The notes beneath the pieces were generated by a model. That model saw only the letters and a program-made list of their open reading frames with translations, searched no databases and was not told the origin of the DNA. This document shows positions 1 through 6,873 of a stretch of 32,000 bases of DNA, piece after piece. Source of the DNA: Nostoc punctiforme PCC 73102 (GTDB lineage: Bacteria; Cyanobacteriota; Cyanobacteriia; Cyanobacteriales; Nostocaceae). The stretch spans positions 2,520,001 through 2,552,000 of the forward strand of contig NC_010628.1 of NCBI RefSeq assembly GCF_000020025.1, written 5' to 3'. Both the position numbers and the translations under genes were made by a program. Position 1 is the first letter of the stretch; each line of letters begins with the position of its first letter.

Positions 1-117
1 ATTTTTATCTAGAATGACAAATTCTATCCCTGCATCCTGAAAAATCTTTGCTGCTGTGATACCTCGAAAACCTGCTCCAATAATGGCAATTTTTTTGGGC
101 TTTGTTAGTTGTTGCAT
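1..117 (-). CDS. FAD/NAD(P)-binding oxidoreductase (flavin monooxygenase-like), first 39 codons only; continues past the window start
   Basis: The reverse complement of 1-117 reads MQQLTKPKKIAIIGAGFRGITAAKIFQDAGIEFVILDKN. It has a Rossmann GxGxxG (IIGAGFRG) followed by an acidic beta-2 end (ILD). ATG is the complement of 115-117. A GGAGAA Shine-Dalgarno is the complement of 125-130, with a 7-nt spacer. It is absent from the ORF track only because the window edge truncates it. Confidence 0.55.
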   Translation of the reverse strand, partial: MQQLTKPKKIAIIGAGFRGITAAKIFQDAGIEFVILDKN

Positions 118-298
118 TGATTTATTCTCCAAAGTAATATTTCACCAATTGAATTGGTATTAGCTGGGTATTTTGAATTTTGTTAGTTAAGCTTTTTCCG
201 GGTTTCCAAATCTCCTTGGAAGGTCACTATTCTATTCATCTATATGTGCAGTGACATCACATAATTTTACTGTATTTTTTGTTGGCAGAAAAGTTTTA

Positions 299-393
299 TA
301 TAGGAATCCCATTTTCTTTTTGAAGATTGACCCTGATTGAAAGGTTGCCAGGGTTCTAAATATATCTAGCAAGTCTCAAATGGGATTCCTATA
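299..393. repeat. 16-bp perfect inverted repeat (TATAGGAATCCCATTT / AAATGGGATTCCTATA) separated by 63 bp
   Basis: The arms are at 299-314 and 378-393, in the 456-bp spacer between the SRPBCC gene and the oxidoreductase gene. Confidence 0.7.
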
Positions 394-426
394 GTTCAAG
401 TTCAATCAGTTCAGTTAAGATTTGTC

Positions 427-487
427 CTCCCTAATCATACTTAAAAAGGAGAGAATTATAGTAAGCTTTTTAAGATGATTAGGGGGA
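427..487. repeat. Imperfect inverted repeat (CTCCCTAATCATACTTA / TAAGATGATTAGGGGG), about 16-bp arms with one bulge
   Basis: The arms are at about 427-443 and 471-486, downstream of the SRPBCC stop. No U-tract follows on the transcribed strand, so it is not called a terminator. Confidence 0.5.
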
Positions 488-573
488 TATTCTCAAGTAA
501 AATACTACTAACATCAAAATCTTTTCTTAGTTTTACATTCGTGATGTTAGTATTAGTTGCACCTGCACAAATC

Positions 574-1023
574 TTATAATGTTGAGGCTCGCTCTACACG
601 GGTTTTTAAGGCTTGATTCATTGCTTCAAAACCAGCCCGTGAATTACCTTCTAAGCTTCTTTTAAACAAGGGTACTAGTAATCCAGAGAAGAATTCACTA
701 TGAAAAAGTTGTACAGAATTTGCTCCAGTTTTTTCGAGATAAAAAACATGTTCTGCATCCAAAAGTTTAGGGAGTAGAAACTTTCCTAACCAACGAAATT
801 CTTTTTGTGGCTCTGCTTTAAGAACTATAGGTGTGAATGTCATACCTTTAGAACCAGGGGGCTGAATAAAAACATTTAATCTGGCTCCAGTCCTAACATT
901 TCCAGTTGCCCGAAGAATGAATGGATTCCACTTAGGATAACTGGCTAAATCTGTAAGTTGTTGCCAAACTTCCTCGGCAGAAGCTTGAATTTCTATTTGG
1001 GTGTGTATTTGCATACGAAACAT
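574..1023 (-). CDS. SRPBCC-superfamily protein (START / polyketide cyclase-dehydrase-like fold)
   Basis: 149-aa ORF. ATG at 1023 is preceded by GAGAGG (complement of 1031-1036, 7-nt spacer). The N-terminal IEIQASAEEVWQQLTDLASYPKWNPF pattern and the size are typical of SRPBCC ligand-binding proteins. Same strand as the cluster, but separated from it by a 277-bp spacer. Confidence 0.75.
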   Translation of the reverse strand: MFRMQIHTQIEIQASAEEVWQQLTDLASYPKWNPFILRATGNVRTGARLNVFIQPPGSKGMTFTPIVLKAEPQKEFRWLGKFLLPKLLDAEHVFYLEKTGANSVQLFHSEFFSGLLVPLFKRSLEGNSRAGFEAMNQALKTRVERASTL

Positions 1024-1300
1024 TTGAATACCTCTCGGATCTAATTAGTGTAAAGGCGGATTTTTCTACACAGTCGTATTAAGGAAAATGGCATTTTTTG
1101 ACATAACATCTGCTGAAGTTGGCTTTGCTACAACCACAAATCTTGATATTTAACTCGTAGAGATTGACTTGCTTTATTTAGGAAAACTTTGGTTTGCAGT
1201 TGTGACTATATTCTACATTAATTTGAAGATAAGAGGCAATTAAGCTGTCAGATGACAATCATCCTCTTTATTTAGATATCAAGAAACCTGTAAAAATACT

Positions 1301-2095
1301 TTATTTTATTGAAAACTGAGGTAATCTGAATGACTCATAGGTATCTTTTGGCTTCCAGTCTGTAATTTCTGATTGAATCAGATTGAACAGCTTACTGACT
1401 TGGTTCTTATTTCTAATATAAAAGTGTCCTTCTGGAAAGAAATGACTTCTGAACTCTTTAGTCGTATGCTGTTCCCAAGCATTAATATCTTGTTGACTAA
1501 CCATTGGATCAAATATTCCTCCAAGGGCATGAATTGGGCAAGGTAAAGCTTCAATTGGACGGGGTTGATAACTCTCGCACAGCAGGAAATCGTCTCGCAT
1601 TAGTGGCAATAAAACTTTCATCCAAGCCTCATCGTTTAACATCGATTCTGGGATGCCACCGAATCGATTTACGAATGATTTAAACTCTTCTACGTTCATA
1701 CTATTGCAAGAGTTATGAGGATAGTGAATATGAGGAGCGCGGTGAGCGCCGAGAAATAAAATGAAGGGTAGGTTTGTATCTTTTTTGCGACATTCATGAG
1801 CTAATTCATAAGCAATTAGCGCACCTAAACTGTGTCCATAAAAAGCATAGGGTTGGTGTAGATATTGTTTGAGTTGACTGTACAGTTCTGGAATTAGAGT
1901 ATTAAAATCGGTGATGCGAGGTTCACCAAAACGGTTCTCTCGTCCAGGTAACTGTACTGAGCATACTTCTACATTATGTTCTTGCAAGGACTCAGCCCAA
2001 CCTCTAAAACAAGAGGCTCCTCCCCCTGCAAAGTGAAAACAAAAAAGATGGGTTTTTGAATTCATGGAAACAGGCTCAGTTAACCAAAGAGTCAT
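1301..2095 (-). CDS. Type II (stand-alone, editing-type) thioesterase
   Basis: 264 aa. Motifs: LFCFHFAGGGASCFRGW, nucleophile elbow GHSLGALIAYE, C-terminal FFPEGHFY. These are hallmarks of discrete PKS/NRPS TEII enzymes. The start ATG overlaps the stop of the upstream hydrolase (ATGA, 2092-2095), implying translational coupling. Confidence 0.85.
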   Translation of the reverse strand: MTLWLTEPVSMNSKTHLFCFHFAGGGASCFRGWAESLQEHNVEVCSVQLPGRENRFGEPRITDFNTLIPELYSQLKQYLHQPYAFYGHSLGALIAYELAHECRKKDTNLPFILFLGAHRAPHIHYPHNSCNSMNVEEFKSFVNRFGGIPESMLNDEAWMKVLLPLMRDDFLLCESYQPRPIEALPCPIHALGGIFDPMVSQQDINAWEQHTTKEFRSHFFPEGHFYIRNKNQVSKLFNLIQSEITDWKPKDTYESFRLPQFSIK

Positions 2096-3192
2096 GCATT
2101 TTGCCCTCTCAATTTGAAGATTCGTTTTGTTTGCAGAACAAATAATACTGTTCGGAAAAGTTGTGCTTTTAAAGCTAAACTATGTCTGTTTTTCAGAAGA
2201 GAGAGGAGAATCCAAAATTTAACTTCTTTCATATGATTAGGTGAGCCATGTACATCATTAAACTGTTTCAAGTTCAGTTTGGAGGTATGGTGTTGTAAAA
2301 AGCTTTTCTCAGAAATGGGAATGATTTCGTCACGCAGACTGAAGATATAGTTTAATGGAATGGCTAAAGTCTTTAATTCGGTTGGGGTAAGTGCCATCGG
2401 CGAAATAGCGGCGAATAAGTATTTGATATCAATACCCATGAGATGTGCGAGAGTTCGTTTTGTGGTAATGGGAACCTGATTCCACCACTGTCGATCGCTA
2501 AAAAAGTGATGAATAGGTGCGCTAGCTGTTGTAATTGCTTGAATGCGTTTATCAGCGATCGCACTTTGAATCGCCATCTGTCCACTAAAGCTTAAAGCAA
2601 CTAAGTAGGTGTTATTCACCTCTGCTAGCTGGCTTAAGCCGTCTAGGAGGGCGGAAAACATCTTCCATGCGGTTGGGCTATACACAATCTCGTTCTCGCC
2701 TACTCCTGGCATTTCGACAAGAGCGATCGCCATTCCCAATGTATCAGCATTTTCAATAAAGGCAGCCCATTGTTCTTTGATGGAAACTATGCCACCACAA
2801 ACTACGAGTAAGGGGCGTTTTTTTTGCTCGGAACCACTGGTGAAATAGGTTTTGAATGTCCCCTGTGGTGTTTTAATTTCGAGTGTTTGTGTGTTTGGTT
2901 TGGTTAGTAACCATTGGTTAAATGAGTTGATACAAGCCTGGTGAGCTTCAATGTGGGCGGGTGATTGAATGAAGGGAAAACGAGCTAGATTATACAGTTG
3001 TGCTGCTTCTAACCATCTGGCTTTTTTGTATAGTGAATGTGCATCTTTTGACCATTCATAAACCCAAGAGCCTGGTTGATTTCCTTCTTCACTAGTAATT
3101 TTTTCTAGGATTGATTTGCTGTATTCAAATGAGATTCCTTGAGCTTGGGTGTGGAGTAAAACTAGTTCTTTGAGTTCATTTAGATATATCAT
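2092..3192 (-). CDS. Alpha/beta-fold hydrolase of uncertain subfamily; candidate off-loading or elimination enzyme
   Basis: 366 aa. Features: RPLLVVCGGIVSIKEQW strand, nucleophile-elbow-like VALSFSGQ, C-terminal DVHGSPNH candidate His. It lies directly downstream of the TE-less terminal PKS and is coupled to the TEII gene. The nested ORFs 2373-2585 (-) and 2609-2848 (+) are treated as spurious. Confidence 0.7.
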   Translation of the reverse strand: MIYLNELKELVLLHTQAQGISFEYSKSILEKITSEEGNQPGSWVYEWSKDAHSLYKKARWLEAAQLYNLARFPFIQSPAHIEAHQACINSFNQWLLTKPNTQTLEIKTPQGTFKTYFTSGSEQKKRPLLVVCGGIVSIKEQWAAFIENADTLGMAIALVEMPGVGENEIVYSPTAWKMFSALLDGLSQLAEVNNTYLVALSFSGQMAIQSAIADKRIQAITTASAPIHHFFSDRQWWNQVPITTKRTLAHLMGIDIKYLFAAISPMALTPTELKTLAIPLNYIFSLRDEIIPISEKSFLQHHTSKLNLKQFNDVHGSPNHMKEVKFWILLSLLKNRHSLALKAQLFRTVLFVLQTKRIFKLRGQNA

Positions 3193-3323
3193 ACTGGTTT
3201 TGGTGGGTGAGTAATGGGATTTTTAGACTGAGTTTGAGGAGTTAAAGAATGAAGGAACGAACCGCAGAGGCGCAGAGAACGCAGAGAGAGAGAAGATAGG
3301 TAATTTTGTATTGGGAAGGATAT

Positions 3324-6300
3324 TTAGGAGTTGACAGCTGAGATGCTACCGCGTTCGATGAGTTGTTTGATGAGTTCTTCGGCGATTTGAATTATGGTGG
3401 GGTTTTCCATGAATTTTTCTACTGATACGACAACTTGAATGTCGGTTTCAATACGGCTATTGATTTCCATGAGCATCATTGAATCGATGCTTAAATCAAT
3501 TAGAGTTTGTTTGGAGTCGATTGTTTTATTAGCATCAAATTTGGCGACTTTGGCAATTTGTTCAATAACATAGGTAGTTAATAGCTGCAATATTTCATTT
3601 TTGTTTGTGGCTTTCTGTAAGTTTTCTAAGATTTTTGATTGCTGTTCTGCTATTTCTGGTAAGTTTTGTTGATGTTGGTTAAGTAAAATTGACAGCAGTT
3701 CTGGCAAAAGTTTGATTTGTTCTGGTGTAAATGTTGCACTTTTCTGGAGATGTTGAGTTAATTCTTCAGTGTTTCCTTGATTAAGGAGGCGGAGAATTGG
3801 TGTCTCAATTATCTGAGAAGATTCTGAAATTTCCGGTTCTTCAGTAGTTTCAATCCAGTAGTGTTGACGTTGCCACGGGTAGGTGGGCAATATGACTTTA
3901 TGTCGTTTATGGTTGCATTCCAGGGCTGACCAATCTACTTTGACGCCGGATGTGTACAAATGCGCCAAACTGGTTAACAAAGTTTGCCGTTCTGAGTCTT
4001 TTAAGGACAAACTGGATAACCAAACTACATCTGCTTTGAGCGATCGCTGTTGCGCCTTTTCTTGTAATGTGGAGCCGGGGCTAATTTCCACAAATAACTC
4101 ATATTTCAAGCGCTGCAAGGTTTTAACGCTAGTCTCAAATTGCACTGGTTCGCCTAGTTGACTCAGCCAATATTCAGGAGTGGCAATTTGTCCATCGGCT
4201 ACTTTTCCCTTGCGATTGGCAATTAGCGAAATGCATGGTAATTGATAGTTGATTTGACGAGCAATTGTTTCAAAGTCTGCGAGTAATGACTCAACTAATG
4301 AAGAGTTGAAGGTTTGGGCAATACTTTCGGCTTGTGGTGCGAGGGGTTTGTAAACTGTTTCGACAGGTTGGGAAAAGGATAAGCTACGCGAACCTTTATC
4401 TGTAGAAATTGCTACTGGCTGCGGTATTTGTGTGGATTCGGTAAAAGCGATCGCACTATTTACAGGTAAAGCTTCCATGAATCGGGCATGAGCGATGGTT
4501 AATTTCAACCCGTCTTCTAAGCTAAATACTCCCGCTACACAAGCAGCAATATACTCGCCAATATTATCACCCAAGACGGCATCTGGTTGAATACCCCAAG
4601 AACGCCACAACTGATACAGGGCGTATTCTAAAGCAAATAAAGCGGGTTGAATATAAATGTATTCGTTCAGCAGGTAGGAGGATTTACCCCAAAGTAGTTC
4701 AAAGAGAGAAACATTTAATTGCTGGTGTAAAATCTCTTCGCACTGGTCAAGGGTAGCGCGGAATGTAGCTTCAGTTTCGTAGAGTTCCCGACCCATGCCT
4801 AAGTACTGTGAACCTTGTCCGCCAAACAAAAAGGCGATTTTAGCTTTGGCAGAACTGGTAGCTGATGGTTTGTGAGAAATACCAGCAACGTTAGTTTCAC
4901 CTGCTACCCAAGCAGCAAGGCGATCGCCAGCTTCACTCGCAGACGAGGCAACAACACCCAAGCGGTAAGGAAAATGAGAACGTCCAGTGTTAGCTGTGAA
5001 GCAAATATCAGCGAAAGACTGTTGCGGATGGGCATTGAAGTGCAGCTGGTAGCGTTCAGCCAATTCCTTAAGAGCTTCCGGCGTTTTCGCAGAAAGAGTC
5101 AGCAGGTGTGAAGACTTGCTCTCACTTCTCCCCTGCTCCTCTGCCCCTCTGCTCCCCTGCCCCTCTGCCTCTTCAACGGGTGCTTCTTCTAAAACAACGT
5201 GGGCATTGGTTCCTACTAAACTAAAAGCACTAACTCCAGCAATGCGAGATTTCTTTCCTCGCCGCCAAGGTGTGCGATCGACTGGGATTTTGATGGGCAA
5301 TTTGTCCCAAGCAATGCGGGGATTGGGTTTTTTAAAGTGAAGGTGAGGAGGGATTTCTTCATTTTGCAGCGCCAGTAAAACTTTCAGCAAGCCAGCAATT
5401 CCTGCTGCTCCTTCTTGGTGGCCAATGTTTGTTTTCACTGAACCGATAACTAGCGGATGGTCTTGAGAATGATTGTTGCCAAATACTTCACCTAAAGCTT
5501 CCACTTCAATGGGGTCGCCGAGGGATGTACCGGTTCCATGAGCTTCAATATAATCGATATCAGCGGCTTCTACATTACTGTTGGCGAGTGCTTGACGAAT
5601 CAGTTTTTTCTGAGCAACTCCGTTGGGTACAGTTAAGGCACTACTGCGTCCATCTTGGTTAACAGCAGAACCGCGAATTAAAGCCAGAATGTTATCGCCA
5701 TCGGCAATGGCATCTGATAAACGCTTCAGAGCGATCGCCCCACAACCTTCACCTCGCCCCATGCCATTTGCACCTGCATCAAAGGTTTTGCAACGACCAT
5801 CGGGCGCTAACATCCTCGCACGAGATTCAATTACACTCATATAAGGATGGAGAATCAAGTTAACTCCACCAGCCAGCGCGAGGTCACATTCTTTCAAGCG
5901 GAGACTTTGACAAGCTAAATGTACGGAGACAAGAGAAGAAGAACAGGCGGTTTCAATAGTCAAAGTTGGCCCCTGTAACCCCAAGAAATACGCTAATCTC
6001 CCAGCACCAGCACACAAACCTAAACCGGTGGCTGTATGAATATCTGCGCTAGTAGGTTCGCTACCTACGACCTGGGTATAATCTTGAGTCATCACCCCGA
6101 TGAATACACCAGTTTGACTATCTCGCAACTTGTCAGGAGATAAACCAGCACATTCCAAAGTTTCCCAAGCCACCTCTAGCAGTAGCCGCTGTTGCGGGTC
6201 TAACATGACCGCTTCACGAGCGGAAATGCCAAAAAATGAAGCGTCAAATTGGTCAACCTGCTCCAGAAAGCAGGCATTGCGACTATAAATTTTTCCTGGT

Positions 6301-6566
6301 GTATTTGGATCTGAGTCGTAGAATTTGTCAACATCCCAACGATCTTGGGGAATTTCTGCGATCGTATCTACTCCATCTTTTAACAATTGCCAAAAAGCTT
6401 CTAAATTATTGGCTTTGCCAGGAAATCGACAACCCGCTCCGATAATGGCGATCGCTTCGCTTTTTTCATTTTCCAGCGTATTGATTTTAGTTTGCAGTTT
6501 TTCTAACTTCAACAAAGCTTTAGCTAATAAAGCCCGATTATCTGTATTGTTTTGATTTGCGTTCAT
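3324..6566 (-). CDS. Type I PKS, terminal module KS-AT0-ACP (degenerate acyltransferase, no TE, no reductive domains)
   Basis: The start is taken at ATG 6564-6566 (MNANQNN...), with GGAGAA (complement of 6572-6577) 5 nt upstream. The track start at 6650 is a GTG lying inside repeat DNA. The KS (approx 5180-6455) is intact: TACSSS, EAHGTGT, KTNIGHQ. The AT-like region is approx 4120-4845. The ACP (approx 3375-3600) has LSIDSMM. There is no TE domain before the stop at 3324. Confidence 0.9.
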   Translation of the reverse strand: MNANQNNTDNRALLAKALLKLEKLQTKINTLENEKSEAIAIIGAGCRFPGKANNLEAFWQLLKDGVDTIAEIPQDRWDVDKFYDSDPNTPGKIYSRNACFLEQVDQFDASFFGISAREAVMLDPQQRLLLEVAWETLECAGLSPDKLRDSQTGVFIGVMTQDYTQVVGSEPTSADIHTATGLGLCAGAGRLAYFLGLQGPTLTIETACSSSLVSVHLACQSLRLKECDLALAGGVNLILHPYMSVIESRARMLAPDGRCKTFDAGANGMGRGEGCGAIALKRLSDAIADGDNILALIRGSAVNQDGRSSALTVPNGVAQKKLIRQALANSNVEAADIDYIEAHGTGTSLGDPIEVEALGEVFGNNHSQDHPLVIGSVKTNIGHQEGAAGIAGLLKVLLALQNEEIPPHLHFKKPNPRIAWDKLPIKIPVDRTPWRRGKKSRIAGVSAFSLVGTNAHVVLEEAPVEEAEGQGSRGAEEQGRSESKSSHLLTLSAKTPEALKELAERYQLHFNAHPQQSFADICFTANTGRSHFPYRLGVVASSASEAGDRLAAWVAGETNVAGISHKPSATSSAKAKIAFLFGGQGSQYLGMGRELYETEATFRATLDQCEEILHQQLNVSLFELLWGKSSYLLNEYIYIQPALFALEYALYQLWRSWGIQPDAVLGDNIGEYIAACVAGVFSLEDGLKLTIAHARFMEALPVNSAIAFTESTQIPQPVAISTDKGSRSLSFSQPVETVYKPLAPQAESIAQTFNSSLVESLLADFETIARQINYQLPCISLIANRKGKVADGQIATPEYWLSQLGEPVQFETSVKTLQRLKYELFVEISPGSTLQEKAQQRSLKADVVWLSSLSLKDSERQTLLTSLAHLYTSGVKVDWSALECNHKRHKVILPTYPWQRQHYWIETTEEPEISESSQIIETPILRLLNQGNTEELTQHLQKSATFTPEQIKLLPELLSILLNQHQQNLPEIAEQQSKILENLQKATNKNEILQLLTTYVIEQIAKVAKFDANKTIDSKQTLIDLSIDSMMLMEINSRIETDIQVVVSVEKFMENPTIIQIAEELIKQLIERGSISAVNS
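4120..4845 (-). other. Degenerate acyltransferase domain (AT0) of the terminal PKS module
   Basis: The N-terminal half is still AT-like (FLFGGQGSQYLGMGRELY). The active-site GHSVGE of the three sister ATs reads GDNIGE here, with the Asn codon at 4563-4565. The HAFHS motif reads QTFNSS (4305-4316). The carboxylate-binding Arg in L-I-A-x-R-x-x-x-M reads His (4488-4490). The small-subdomain segment (approx 4255-4480) has diverged beyond recognition. Confidence 0.8.
5129..5168 (-). repeat. Octamer microsatellite (TCCCCTGC and variants) x 5 in the KS-AT linker of the terminal module
   Basis: Units: TCCCCTGC TCCTCTGC CCCTCTGC TCCCCTGC CCCTCTGC. They encode EGQGSRGAEEQGR. Confidence 0.9.
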
Positions 6567-6660
6567 TATATTTCTCCAATTTGAATTGGGCATTGGGCAT
6601 GGAGGGAAGAAAGATAAGGTGGATTCATCGAGTTCAAAAACTCTGTACACTAAGTTTTTT

Positions 6661-6815
6661 GACCTACACCTTTATTGCATCGACCTGCACCTTTGTTGCA
6701 TTGACCTGCATCTTTGTTGCATTGACCTGCATCTTTGTTGCATTGACCTGCATCTTTGTTGCACTGACCTGCATCTTTGTTGCACTGACCTGCATCTTTG
6801 TTGCACTGACCTGCA
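6661..6815. repeat. 21-bp tandem repeat array, about 7.4 units (GACCTGCATCTTTGTTGCATT on the + strand)
   Basis: Units begin at 6661, 6682, 6703, 6724, 6745, 6766 and 6787, with a partial unit at 6808-6815. Units 3-4 are identical, as are units 5-7. The array lies in the spacer between the module-3 stop (6874) and the terminal-module start (6566). Confidence 0.95.
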
Positions 6816-6873
6816 AAAATTAACTTACCCTACGTTACACAGCAGTTCTAAAAGATTTGTGTGTACACGGTAG

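Noticed and set aside
1231-1270. Possible terminator hairpin after the TEII gene (AAGAGG...GATGACAATCATC...CCTCTT)
   Set aside because: The stems are short with long loops, and there is no U-run on the transcribed strand. The evidence is insufficient to annotate a terminator. Likewise, no promoter could be supported by sequence alone.
6567-6650. N-terminal extensions implied by the ORF-track starts at 6650 (GTG), 12567 (TTG), 24399 (TTG), 31016 (TTG) and 31206 (TTG)
   Set aside because: Each extension uses a non-ATG codon and runs through repeat DNA or the upstream gene. Downstream ATG or GTG codons with GGAG-type Shine-Dalgarno sequences give N-termini typical of PKS docking regions, ACPs and E2 domains. 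The start choices remain predictions.
6661-6815. Possible CRISPR array, considered for both 21-bp arrays (also 24535-24710)
   Set aside because: The units are directly adjacent with no unique spacers, the unit length is too short, and there are no cas genes. These are plain tandem repeats.
6557-6873. Plus-strand ORFs 6557-6823 and 6586-6873, encoding LTCIFVA and DLHLCCI repeats
   Set aside because: They are just translations of the 21-bp tandem array, since 21 bp is 7 codons and so stays open in several frames. There is no ribosome-binding site, and the composition is dictated by the repeat. They lie antisense to the operon.
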